DNA from: the human T2T-CHM13v2.0 reference genome, Homo sapiens
Assembly: GCF_009914755.1 (NCBI RefSeq)
Contig: NC_060927.1
Length of the DNA stretch: 64,000 bases
Direction: 5' to 3' (one strand)
Part shown: one piece after another, positions 14,181 to 29,320 of the stretch
Layout: each line of letters begins with the position of its first letter
Position numbering within the stretch: the first letter of the stretch is position 1
Notes under the pieces: generated by a model
What the model saw: only the letters and a program-made list of their open reading frames with translations
The model's database searches: none
Told to the model about the DNA's origin: nothing
Made by a program: the position numbers and the translations under genes

Positions 14181-14849
14181 TTACAATTCCTGTTACTAGG
14201 GTTGTCTAAAATTGCAGAGTGATATTATAAGGAATGAGCAACCAGAAACTTTAAGTGGCAATTGGCAAATATATGTTATAAATAAAAAATTAATACAGAT
14301 TGATGTCAAAAGCAGGGAACCACTTACTGATATCTTACCACACCACTACTTCCTTTTCATAGAACTTTTTACTTTTTGAAAATTATCAGATAAAAAAGAT
14401 ATCTGATGAGTTTGTTCTTGATTATAAAAAAGAAGGACTTGTATAATGAAAAATATTTTCAATAAGCTATATCTGGAAACCAAAGACAATTTTGTATTGA
14501 TAACAAAATATAAACAGAAATTCAGTTAATAAAATTGCTTGTACTTCCTATGGTCAATAAAACCCTGTTTCAACATTTGAAACTATTGTATTGAGAATTT
14601 ACTTCTTTGTTTTTTTCAGAAAACCCAAAGGCCAACTCAGAAACACTATACTGCAAACTAGATGCTAATGTCTCTTTTTAAATAAATTCAGATTACCTTC
14701 CCTTATAGTTTATTTATTAATGCATATCTTTTCTATTAATTGTGAGCTCCAAATGTCAGGAAAAGGAGGTTATAAAACATTTTTTACATCTCTAGAATAT
14801 TAAACAGGTTGTTAGTTAATTAACAGACACATTAATTTAATTATTTATT

Positions 14850-15190
14850 AAATAAGGACTTATTGAGCACCTACTTCATGCCAGGCATTGAATAAAGTAT
14901 AGTGGACAAAAAGATGAAAAGTCATAGTCTTTCCCTGAAAGAATTTCAGTTTAATTAGAAACCTAAATATGTATGCCAGCAATAATGGTATAAGCCAGAC
15001 TGCAATAACGTAAGTGATGGATAAGGATACATTGTGGAAAAGGTTTCTATCTTTCCAAGAGACTTGGTGGTTTTCTCAGAAAAGATGGCATCTATCACTT
15101 CACGTAGAGCTAGAAGGATGAGAAGAGTTTCTTTTTTTTTTTTTTTTTCAGTTGGAGAGAAGGTAAGAAAAAGATGAGGTGAGAAGAAGA
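14850..15190 (-). mobile_element. L2 3' fragment
   Basis: TTATTGAGCACCTACTTCATGCCAGGCATTG reverse L2 3' signature. Confidence 0.7.
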
Positions 15191-15213
15191 CTATTCCTAG
15201 AAAATTAATCCAT

Positions 15214-15285
15214 CACACACACATGCACACGCACCAAGAGAGAGAGGGAGGGAGAGAGAAAGAAAGAAAGAAAGAGAGAGAAAAT
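15214..15285. repeat. Compound (CA)n/(GA)n/(GAAA)n simple repeat
   Basis: Directly visible. Confidence 0.85.
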
Positions 15286-15908
15286 AAAGAGCATGGAAAC
15301 AAAAGAGCGAGTGATTGAGAATAAAAACATTTTCACAATCCAAATTAGTGCAGCTAACTATATGGAGGGCTCACAGAGTTCTTCTCAAGACTTGCTAGTG
15401 AGTTAACTTATAGTGACTACAATGGCTACCCAATTTTAGTCATATTGATTGTCGAAAGCAAATGGAATGAAATTTTTAAAAGAAAAACATAAATACATGA
15501 AGCTGAGCCTCATAGGAGAAGAGTTTGGAATGTGTAACTGCTAACGATCAATCTGCTTTTTACCTTGTCTCTCCGTGGTTTTAAATCCAACACTTGCAGA
15601 CTATCAACTGGTAGGATCCATGGAAATGTACTTGCTGCTCCAGGTTAACCCTTTATCTTTTTAGAATACAAAATATTCAAATATGTGATATCTGGATAGA
15701 AAAAATATTTCAAACTATTCCTAGTCTTTGAATGCTTCAGATAAGGCTTTTCTCTCTCTGAGTTTGCATTAATTGGATGATATCATGTTTTTAAATATCC
15801 TTAATCTGGTGTTTTGTTTTTTAGTGGTGTGACTACCTACATAGTTTACTTAAATTATACTGCTTTTCCCTATTCCTGTATGATAACTAGTAAATATATA
15901 CCTATCTT

Positions 15909-18003
<2,095 letters not shown>

Positions 18004-20229
18004 TCAAAAGAATGGAAGTTAATAAATGAAGTAGTCCTTGAATGGCTTATAAAAAATCCATGCAAAATTAAAGTTGTTTTGTATTCCACTCACTGGTTAG
18101 ATTTAAAGCATTGAGATATTACAACATGCTCAAATATAGGAAATTTATAGTTTATTTTAAAATATTTGTAATGACTAGAAGACTCAAGACATTTCTAAGA
18201 AGAGAAATGACCAAACTAGGCACTTCAAACCATCTGTAATTTTTAATCATTGTAACCACTGGGATGTTTGGGAGAACTGACTATCACTCCTTAATACTGC
18301 TAAAATGGCTCCAACTGGAATTTTACAAATTGTCTCTCATTCAGGTAGGTGTATTAATTCACCTTCTTTAACGTGTTCCTGATGATTTATCTTCGTATGA
18401 GTGGCTCAATCTTTGATGTGTATTTGGATCAAGGGTTACATAACTTTAAAACCCAATTACCATTTTTTTTTTGTTTGTCTGTTTCTATCCTTTCTTCCTG
18501 GATGCCACAGTAGTTAAAATAACATTTCCATGAGATACATATTTTTAGAATGTTACTGTAATCTAATGAGATATACATTTTTAGGATGGGACACATTTTT
18601 CTATGTGGCTTGAGGATTCAATCGTAGTACATTATTGTCACAATCAGTATAAAATTTTAGTTAAAACTTAGCTACTTGTTTTACTTATATAAACTTTTTT
18701 ATGGCGATGGTAAAGTGTTCTTGCCCTGTACTGAATAAAGTGAGGGTGAATAATGCAATATTTTCTACATTTCTTTAAAGTCTAAGAGCTATTTAAATTA
18801 AATTCGAATGGTTATTCTGACTATAAGGATGGAACAGAAGGGAAGAATAGAGTAAAAACAAGTATCAAAGGAGAGATAAAAAATAAGGAGGACCATCAAA
18901 GCTGTAACTGTAGGAAGACAAAAAGCAGAGCCATTTATATAAAGCAAAGCAGAGAAATAATCATGTAAAGGGTCAAAGCAGGTGAAGGCAAGAAGTGAAA
19001 AGTATTGTAATGAGTGGAAACAGAAAAGGATTAGTCACCATTTAAATTCAAATTTAACGCAGTCTTGTGGTTAGCAATTTTTGTGTGTGTCAAGGAAGAT
19101 GAGAAAGGTCACTTAAATTCACACAATGTAATTCTGAATTTAAGGACCACCCTTGACATACTTTATTACATAAAAATGTATTTGCAAAAAATAGGTATTT
19201 ATTTATTTATTTTTGTTTTTGTTAGCTATTGATAGAAAACAGTAACATTTAGAGAATTTCATTTCAGGATTAAAAAATATACATATATTTTATATATATG
19301 ATTCTCGGTACCTTAATTTTGCTAACTCTTATAACATCAATCTAGATGTATTAGACAATGGGTGATAGGCATGAAAGAAGGAAAGTTAAATATTACATAC
19401 TGTAATAAGAAAACACAGCCTGGACAGTGTTACAAAGAAGTGCCAATTAAGTAGAAACTTTGAGAGTGAGTAGGAGTGAGCAAAGAGGTTTCCAGAAGCA
19501 ACAAAAGCACACAAAAATGTGGATGTGCAATTTTTGGCCAGAGAATGGCACGTACTCTAATGTAGCATGAAAAGTCCATTAACTGTGAGATAACCAAACA
19601 ATGTTTAGTCATATTCTCAAATGTGTAAAATAAAGAGAAAAACACATTTTAGACAAGCTTAGTTCAAAAACATTTTTTTAAAAAATCTTTTGTAGTTATA
19701 GTTAAATGCTTAGCTCTCAGGAAAATGACTGTGCTTTGCATTTTATGAATCACTTTGACATATTTGTTTTTGTTAAATTATGTCTTTGCTATATAAAATG
19801 GCTCATGTGCTAATGGTTCTGAATAGGTGAAATTTTCTTGTGAATGAAAACAGCAAATTCCGGATCCTGTAGGAAATATTTTACATTGAATATATGTCTA
19901 ATTCCTACATTGTTAATATGGCCACAGAGGATATCCTTTACTTATTCTTCTCATCCTCATTCTTAATAGCCTATTCTGGACATTATCATCATAGGCCTGG
20001 ATGCCTGTAAAAACCATCTAATAGTTTTCTGTTTATAGCCAAGATGTTATTTTAAAATGCTTTACTAATTTTTAATTCTACTGTTTAAAACCTCAGTGAA
20101 CTACCATAGTTCTCATAATAAAACTGCAAACCTTTCAGATAGTCCTGGTCTTATCATTTGACACTGTCACCTTTGCAGTTTATTTTTCTGTCAGTAGAGA
20201 GAATATGTTTCTAAGGTTTAATACAAATA

Positions 20230-20440
20230 GAACAATAACAAGTACTTTTATAGTGCTCATGTAAAGCACATATTCTATTAAATATGTTATGTGTATTAGC
20301 TCATTTAGTCCTCACAACAATTCTATGGGGAAGGTAGTATCACAAATGCTATCTACTAATGGGGAAACTGAGGCAAACAAAGGCCAAGAAAGATTTTCAA
20401 TTTTACACAGCGAGAAAGCTGCTTAAGCAGTATCTCCACA
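20230..20440 (-). mobile_element. MIR SINE
   Basis: CTCATTTAGTCCTCACAACAATTCTATG...ATGGGGAAACTGAGGCA. Confidence 0.75.
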
Positions 20441-20459
20441 TTTGTTCTCTGAACCACAT

Positions 20460-20700
20460 CTGGGGCTTTGGAGTTGGCCAGACCAAGTCTTAAATGTCAG
20501 ATCTTCCTGTTTTCTGGATTGTAACATTGGACAAATTATGAATAAATCTAGTCCTCATCTTCCTCAACTGAAAAATCAAAATAACCTTTTACACAGGGCT
20601 ATTGTGAGGAGAATTGGAGATAGTTTTTTAAGTACAAACTACAGCACTTAGCACCTAATAAATATTCACATACTAGGTATTATTGTTGTAGTAATAATTA
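20460..20700 (+). mobile_element. MIR SINE
   Basis: GCTTTGGAGTTGGCCAGACC...CCTCATCTTCCTCAACTG...CAGGGCTATTGTGAGGAG. Confidence 0.7.
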
Positions 20701-20814
20701 TTCATTGCATAGTATTATATAATATCTACATCTATTGATAATTATATATTATATAATATATAATTATTATTTATCAGGTTGGCTCTTTTATATAATAATT
20801 GTGAAACTTTACAA

Positions 20815-21152
20815 ATGTTCTCCTTGCTAGTAGTATTCCATCCCTCAATTTCCCTTCTTTGCCTGATAACTCTTATTTGCCCTTCAGGTTTCATTGTAGA
20901 CGTCCATTCTTCTGTGAAACCATCCATGATCCTTCAAGTCTGGGCGGCAGCCCTCCTAAATTCGTAGAATGCCATATTATTTTCATTTACTCTACTTTAA
21001 TTAGCTGTTTCCTTGCCTGAATCCTCCAATACCGATAACTGATTTTATTTTTACAGGATTGTTTCTCATTCACTTTTGATACCTTTAGTTTTTGAACACT
21101 GGTTAAAATACAGTAAGTTCAGTAAATATTTATTAGTAGAATAAATGAGTGA
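20815..21152 (+). mobile_element. L2 3' fragment
   Basis: Pyrimidine-rich L2 body ending CAGTAAATATTTATTAGTAGAATAAATGAGTG. Confidence 0.6.
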
Positions 21153-22719
21153 CCTAGATGATACTTAAAGATCACCTACAAACATCCCTGGATTTTACAC
21201 ATGAAGCCTAAAAATCATCTAATGGAATCTAACAGAATCTACATGAATCTGGATCAAATATAAATTCACAGAAAAGGGTTATCAATGAATGAGAAAAATT
21301 CACTCTTTGATTTTTATATTATCACTTCCACAATTCATCAGCGATCGTGAACAAACTGCCCATGAACAATGGGGAACATTCTATTAATCTACATAAAAAA
21401 TCAGAAATGGAGTTGAGATCAACTATGAAATTAAAAAGAAACAGAAGCAAAAAGTCACTCATTTCAAAAAAAAAAAAAAAGAGAAATACTTTCAAAGAAG
21501 TTGTTATACATCCAAGCTACAGGTACCAGCATGGCCCATATGCTTTCAAGCTTTCATTTCAAAATTTTGGTGTTTACTTGTAGTCTTACTTATTAAACCC
21601 AACAAATTGGAATATGCAGAATATTTAAGAAACAGAGTTTCTTAAACAAAACTTTTTAGTTCCTTAAGCCTTAATTTTGGTTTCCAAAACCTTGTTTTTC
21701 ATTCACAAGCTATAAAATTTCCTTTAAAATGTGCTTAATGGTAGCGTCAAATGAGTTCACAATTTAATAGGATTCGCTTTTCTCCTAACTGCAAAGGAAT
21801 GTCCTCTACCCTCTCATCCAGCTGCCTGGCCTTGTGTAATTCTCATTTGCATTCTCAATTGCTTTAGTTCCTCGAGGGGAAAAAAAAATATCTACCTACC
21901 TCCTATAGGTGTTGCAAGGATTAATAAATTGCAAAGCACACTGAAAATTTGGATAAAATATCCTGTGACAGACTGGAATATTACCAGAACTACAAGTATC
22001 ATTTCCAGATGCAGCAGCTACAAGGACAAGAAAGCAGATCTGGAAATCGCATCCAAGCCTCCCACATGGAGGGTTATTGCCCGGCCAAAGAGTTACATTT
22101 TGATATTTAAATATCAGTGGTTCTATATCAAAGCCATCTTGCTGAGAGCGGTTTGTCTGGGAGCATAAAGTGCCTGAATTGGCACAACAAAAGGCAACAG
22201 CCCTGAATCATTAAGACTTTATAACCACAAGCAATAGTATTCCCAGGATAGGGTTTATCTCTATTAGAAATCAAAGAGAACTTTCCTTTCTGTTAAACAG
22301 ATAACTCAAAATTATAAATAGCCAGCTTCAGTAGACTGGCTCTTTATGGAGTCAAGTGGGTTGCAAACTCCTTGAAATTTGAGAAGTCCCTCGGAAAGGG
22401 ATACTGAACTTAGGTTAATGTTCCCAAGTGAATCTTGGCATGGATTTTTGTCTGGGAATTTAGATTTTAGATATGAGCAGGCTTACTGTTTCAAGGAATT
22501 CAATTTAACTCATATATAGAAGTGTATATGGTGAACAATTTGAAAATCAGTGAAACTGGTTTTCTTCTATTTGAACCACTATGTACGTAACAGTTCACGA
22601 TTTGCATTGTTTTGTTTTTGCACCAGAGGTGCAGAGGATTAGGTGAATTACACTCCGTAGTTACCGGAATATCATAGTAACATCATCGGTGGTGTGAAGC
22701 CCATCTTATACTGAGTTTA

Positions 22720-23745
22720 TTTATTTTTTTCTTTCTATTCCCATTCTGCATTCCCTTTTGCCAATGCCACCCGCTACTCAGGATGTCATCCTAATGTGTG
22801 CAATTGGTATCCTTTTATTTTCATTTCTTATTTTAAAATGCTGTGATATTGAGTGCATGTGTTTTAATAGGCAGAAATATTTGTTATGGATTTGATATTT
22901 TTCCTATTCTTTTTCACTCAGCACTGTGTTTTAGAACTCTTGTATTTATGTACGATAGTTGTACATATTTTTGAGGTAGATATGATATTTTGATACCTGT
23001 ATACAATGTGTAGTGATCAAATCAGAGTAACTGTGATATTCATCACTTCAAACCTCTATTTTTCCTTGTTTTGGGAACATTACAATTTTTCTCTTACAGT
23101 TATTTTGAAATATCTTATAAGTTATTGTTAACTATAGTTTCCCGACTGAACTATCAAATATCAGAACTTATTTCTTTTATCTAACTGTACAGATAAAAGT
23201 ATGCCCATGTATAACCATGGCTGTATGAGTATCTAGTGTGTTGCCTCTAGCTCTAATGAGGTATTCTTTAGTGTGTAACCTCCATTCTTTATTTATCTAT
23301 TCCCCAGTGGCGGCTGACTACATGGTCTCTAACCCCTTGTTAGTACAAATAACATGATGAAGAACATTGCTATATGTGTTCCGTCATAGCCTGTGTGAGG
23401 ATTTTTCCGAGACATGCTTTGTAGTGGGTTGTGGGAATATAGCAGGTATGTGAACTTAATTGGATTAAGACCTGCCACAGATTGCTTTTCAGGATGACTG
23501 CACAACTCTACACTCTGTGCTGGAGGTTTCCCATTTCCTATGACTCCTTCCAACATTTGGCATTGTCCAGCTTTCTAAATTTTGCTAATCTCATGAGTGT
23601 AAAGTGATATGCTATTGTTGTTTTAATTAGCATGTCTTTAATTCCTAATGGGTTTGAGCATATTTCATGTTTGTTAGTCTTTGGAGTTTCCTACACTGCA
23701 AATTGCTTTTTTCTAACTTTGCACATACTTTTCTTGCGGTTACGT
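22720..23745 (-). mobile_element. Old L1M(D/E) 3' region, interrupted by an L1MA 3' end
   Basis: TTTTTCACTCAGCACTG and CCTTCCAACATTTGGCATTGTC...TTTTGCTAATCTCATGAGTGTAAAGTGATAT L1M blocks. Confidence 0.7.
22940..23190 (-). mobile_element. L1MA (L1MA4-7-like) 3' end
   Basis: TTGTACATATTTT...TATACAATGTGTAGTGATCAAATCAG...TTATCTAACTGTA. Confidence 0.8.
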
Positions 23746-23832
23746 CTTTTTTTGTTTTTGTTTTTGTTTTTGTTTTGTTTGTTTGTTTTTTAACTTTATT
23801 TTTCTCGCTTCCTTTCTTTTTGACTTGGAGAA

Positions 23833-24151
<319 letters not shown>

Positions 24152-24399
24152 TCTAGAGGATAAATGATTGGATTAGGGAATTGTAAAAGTGAGACTCAAT
24201 TCCTAGCATTTTTACTTATAAACTGTAAGATTTTGGATCAAATAATTAACTTATCTATGTGTCCATTTAATCACCCAGATAACATGGAGATAATGTTATC
24301 TACCTTTTCTCCATGCATAAGAAATATACAATATTGGGCCTGAATAAGATGGGGCTAACTAAATAATGATTATCATTGTTGAATAGATACCCAGAAGTA

Positions 24400-25522
24400 G
24401 ACTCTATTTCTTTTTTCTGGTTATAGCCCTAAATTTGTTTGAACAACTACCACTCTTGCATTCTCTTGGCATGTATTTTGCAGGGCACTACCTGCTCAGA
24501 AGTGGAGTTTATGAATTATACTCTGGGGAAATCAGTCATCCCCTGTGCACAGTAATTGATTCAAAGTTGAATATAAGACCCAGTTGAGATCCACTGAAGT
24601 CTACAAAACTGATTTCTGGAACATTAGTTAGTACCATCAGGAAAGCAGATGTAAAGATGGGGTATAGCTCCTATCTTCCAACATGATAACTTATTTGAGA
24701 AAGTTAAAAAAAAGAAGTTGGGTCCTTGTGACAAGTTTCAGTCTAAATTAGACCTCAATCTGAAGTCACCTAAAGGATGATTTCTAGGTAGGTATGTGAA
24801 CTAGTAAATTCCTTTTTAGATTATGGTAGTCCCAGTTACTCAAAGCTTCACTTTCCTAGGTTTCAGTTACCTGTGGCCAATTGTGGTCTGAAAATATTAA
24901 GTGGAAAATTCCAGAAATAAACAATTCATACATTATTGATTGTGTGCCATTCTGCGTAGCATGATGAGATCTCATGCTGTCCTACTCAATCCCAGCTGGC
25001 ATGTGAATCATCCCTTTGTCCAGAGTAACCACATGGTATATGCTACCCACCAGGTATTCACTTAGTAGCCATCTTGGTTATCAGATTGACTGTCATGGGA
25101 TTGTAGTACTTGTTTTCAAGTAATCATTATTTTACTTAATAAAAATAAGGCTCTATTTGGCATATCCAAATTGCCAGCGTAATAGTCTCAAAGCACAAGA
25201 CTACTGTGCTGGCAATTTAGATATGCCAATGAGAGCCATACAGTGTTTCTTTGAAGCGAAAAAGTGAAAGTTCTTGACTTAAAGAGAAAAAATATTGTAT
25301 GCTGAAGTCACTAAGATCTATGGCAAGAACGAATCCATATGTGAAATTATGAAGAAAGAAAAAGAAATTAAGGCATACTACATATAGAGTTCAGTACAAT
25401 CTGTAGTTTCAGGCATCTACTGGGGGTCTTGAAACATATCCCCTGAGGACAAGGAGAGATCATTGTATATTCATTCAGATGGTGTTCCCTGTTGCTTGCA
25501 GCTGAAAGAGGCCTTAAGACAC
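24400..25522 (+). mobile_element. MLT1K/L-like LTR split by the MER44 insertion
   Basis: AGTAATTGATTCAAAGTTG...AAGACCCAG block on the left; CCTGTTGCTTGCAGCTGAAAGAGGCCTTAAGACA LTR end on the right. Confidence 0.55.
24824..25465 (+). mobile_element. MER44/Tigger7-derived (TcMar-Tigger) DNA transposon
   Basis: Degenerate TIRs (GTAGTCCC... / ...GGACAAGGAGAGATCATTG) flanked by TA; AAATATTAAGTGGAAAATTCCAGAAATAAACAATTCAT block and decayed transposase N-terminus. Confidence 0.88.
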
Positions 25523-27179
25523 TATCAAGCAGAAAATTTTAAAATATATCACTTCCACTAAAAAATAGTTAAAATAATTTTGATTATTTTGGGAATAAAT
25601 GACAATGGAAATAAATGATCAGATTCTTGAAAGAAAAGGCAGTCTTCCTAGGAATGTTGAATAAATAAATTTGTTTTGAGAAAATAATTTAATTTTAACC
25701 ATGTTATAAAACTATTTTAGAGATAATTTCATTAGCTGCATATTTAAAATACTTGATTCATAAAATATGTTACAATTTGAAGCTATCAACTATAAGCAGA
25801 TAAATTTCTCAAAATGACACACCTACATGAGCTCAATTTGCAAAAACATATAAAGATTTCAAATGAATTTATGTGAAGTGCATTTGCATGACGATGTTCA
25901 GTAAGATTGAATCAGAGTCACTTTTAACTTTAGATTATTGCATTACATTAAATCTCATTTAAAGTAAATGAACAATGAGAAAAAAAAGTGTAAAATTGTT
26001 GTTAAGTATAGAATCTTGGGCCAGAGGGTGGGAGGTGGGGAAAACATTGATCAAACAGTTGATTTAATTGGAATAAATAAATTGTCTCTTGCAAACCATT
26101 TGAAAAGAAAAATCCCATTTTCCAAAATCATTAGTAGAAGAACTTCTACATGTCATAAAACAATGCCTCTTATTTGTCAACCTTTTTTGAAGGAGGTCAA
26201 TCATGGCCAGCTAACCTATAAATTCTTTCAAGTTAATCCATTGCAGAAAGGGCAAGTTTTATGTTCCTCAATATTCTACCATCACCAAACTCCATCTACT
26301 TTCCAGTCGTAATCGATTGGACTGGAGCTGAGTGCATGGCCTAAGTTAAATGACTCACATTCTTTCTTCCAAAAAGTTGAGATTTCTATAATGAGAGACT
26401 AAACCAGTGTAATAATAGTGAGAGCTTGATTTTTAGGTTGGATAGAATCTGGTCTGGTGTTAGGTGGATGAAAAGCCAATGCTATCCCTCTATTTTTTTG
26501 TTATAAACCATGTTTATTTCAGCTGTTTGAATTGTTTTCTGCTTCTAACAACCAGGAAATCCCTGTGAAATCCTTCCAAAGAATCCCCCTAATTTCTTTT
26601 ACATGGAGAGTCATATAAGATTGAATTGGTGACCTTTAAAACTGAAAAAAAAAAAAAAATCCATCGACTTCGGTTCATATCTAATTTTGAGTGTCTAAAT
26701 CACTAGTAATCAGATAGAATTTGATGTACTTATGGCATTCTGGGGCTTGAACATACCTTGAGACATCAAGTAATTTATTTAGCTAAATCATCTCTTAATA
26801 ATTCAGGAGGTGAAAATATCTGACATATTTTTCGGAACATTAGTAAAAGAAATTCTCTAAAAAAAGTTTTATTTGTAAAAAATTAAATTACCTTGATGTC
26901 AAAAATTGATGATAACAAATCTAAGTTCCCCATGCTCAAATCTAAGTAGATCTTTCTGGAGTTTGAATATGGTTATCCATGATATTTAGAATAGTTTTCA
27001 AAACTCTGATAATTGCCTGTGCCATCTCTCAGCCTTCTCTCCAGTATCACTCATGACTAGGTTACGTGTCCTCCCCACTCATAAGTTTTATTTACTTATT
27101 TGTCTCACTTGACACCAAATGCCTGGTAGACCTCATTTTACTTTCCCCCTTTGCTTCCTTCCATCCTTTTTATTCTTGT

Positions 27180-27542
27180 AAAAGTTATTAATTTAATGTT
27201 TACTATGCCATATGCATCTGTGAACACAGTGGTGAACAAGCAGTGGGCACTGCCATCAAGGGCTTATTTGGCAGAGTCAGATAAACAAATAGGTATTTAA
27301 AATGGTTGGATAGGCTTGAAGATAAGATAATTTGGGTGTCATTAAAAGGACACATGACTTGAGAGAGAGTATAAGAAGGATTTCCACAGACGGTGAATAT
27401 TCACCTGGACCTAAAAGAGGTAGAGTGAGAGAAGGATAGGATAGCAGAGATGCATTTATGCAAAGGCTAAAAGCAAAAGTGAACATGTAAGCAAGGGTTT
27501 GCAAGAAAGTTAATATAGTTGTTGTTGGTCGTGGTGGTGGGG

Positions 27543-27579
<37 letters not shown>

Positions 27580-27800
27580 CTGCATGCATGTGTGTTGTGT
27601 ATGTGTGGTTGGCGGGGGCATGGTGTGGGTTAGGGAGGAGGTGAGAGATGTGAGAAATGAGGTTTAGAGTGAAGCCAGAGCTAGATCTTGAATGACTGCA
27701 ACCTTTCCGAGAAATTTCTGCCATACTCGGAGGGCAAGGGGCATACTGAAGAGTTTCTAGCAAAAGAGTCACAATGAAGTCAGCTTACTCTCTGTTTATG
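27180..27800 (-). mobile_element. L2 fragment containing a (TG)n tract
   Basis: TTTACTATGCCA...GAACACAGTGGTGAACAAG; approximate ends. Confidence 0.55.
27545..27610. repeat. (TG)n microsatellite
   Basis: Pure TG run of about 32 bp plus degenerate extension. Confidence 0.95.
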
Positions 27801-27847
27801 TGGGGAAGAGATGGGCTTCAAATTGGCACAATACTTTATATATTGTT

Positions 27848-29320
27848 CTTTTTACAATTATTTTTTATTTTATTTCAATAGTTTTGGGGGGAACAGGTGG
27901 TTTTGTTTTGGTTACATGAATAAGTTCTTTAGTGGTGATTTCTGAGATTTTGGTGCACCTGTCACCCAAACAGTGTACACTGTACCCAATATGTAGTCTT
28001 TTATTCCTCACCCCCATCTTGTCCTTCCACACCAAGTCCCCAAAGTCCAATATATCCACATAGCTTAGCTTCCACTTACAAGTGAGAACATGTGATATTT
28101 GGTTTTCCATTGTTGAGTTACTTCAACTAGAATAATGCCTCCAACTCCATCCAAGTTGCTGCAAAGGCCATTATTTCATTCCTTTTTATGCCTGAGTAGT
28201 ATTCCATGGTGTATGTAACCACATTTTCTTAATCCATTCTTTGGTTGATAGACATTTAGGTTGGTTCCATATTTTTGCAATTGTGAATCATGCTTCTATA
28301 AACATGCATGTGCAAGTGTTTTTTTTATTTTTTTATATTATATAATGACTTCTTTTCCTTTGGGTAGCTACCCAGCAGTGGGGTTGCTGAATCAAATGAT
28401 AGTTCTACTTTTAGTTCTTTAAGGAAACTCCATACTGTTTTCCATAGTGGTTGTACTAGTTTACATTCTCATCAGCAGTGTAGAAGAGCTCCCTTTTTAC
28501 CACATCCATGCCAACATTGTTTTATTTTTTAATTTTTTTAAATTATAAGCAATCAAATGAGAGAAATAAAGAGCATCAAAACTGGAAAAGAGGAAGTCAA
28601 ATGGTTGCTGTTTGCCCATGATATGATTATATGTCTAGAAAACACTAAAGACTCATCCGAAAAGCTCCTAGATCTGATAAATGAATTCAGTAAAGTTTCA
28701 GGATACAAAATCAATGCACACAAATTAGTAGCACTGCCATACACCAAAAGTGACCAAACTGATTATCAAATTAAGAATTCAATCCCCTTTTTTAACAGCT
28801 GCAAAACAAAAACAAATACAAACAAACAAACAAAACCTCAGGAATATACTTAACCAAGGAGGCAAAAGATCTCTACAAGGAAAACTACAAAACTGCTAAA
28901 AGAAATCATAGATGACACAAACAAATGGAAACACATCCCATGCTCATGGATGAGTAGAATCTACAGATTCAATGCAATTCCCATCAAAATACCATCATCG
29001 TTCTTCACAGGATTGGAAAAAAATTCTAAAATTCATATGGAACCACGGAAGAGCCCACATAGCCAAAGCAATACTAAGCAAAAGAACAAATCTGGAAGCA
29101 TCATATTACCTGACTTCAAATTATACTACAAGGCTATAGTTACCAAAACAGCATGGTGCTGGCATCAACATAGGCACACAGACCAATGGAACAGAATCGA
29201 GAACCCAGAAATAAAGCCAAATATTTACAGCCAACTTATCTTCAACAAAGCATATAAGATTAAAGTGGGGAAAGGACACCCTATTCAGTAAATGGTGCTC
29301 AGATAACTGGCAAGCCATAT
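27848..29320. mobile_element. L1PB-family LINE-1 with 5' inversion (3' end on - strand 27848-28547; ORF2 segment on + strand 28548-29320)
   Basis: L1PB 3'UTR on the minus strand; ORFs 28557..28853 and 28950..29291 are L1 ORF2 RT-region pieces on the plus strand; degenerate TSD (TATATTGTTCTTTT / TATATGTTGTTTTT). Confidence 0.9.

Noticed and set aside
14620-14681. Acceptor followed by ENPKANSETLYCKLDANVSF*, with an ITIM-like TLYCKL
   Set aside because: No upstream transmembrane or ectodomain exons found; short motif expected by chance
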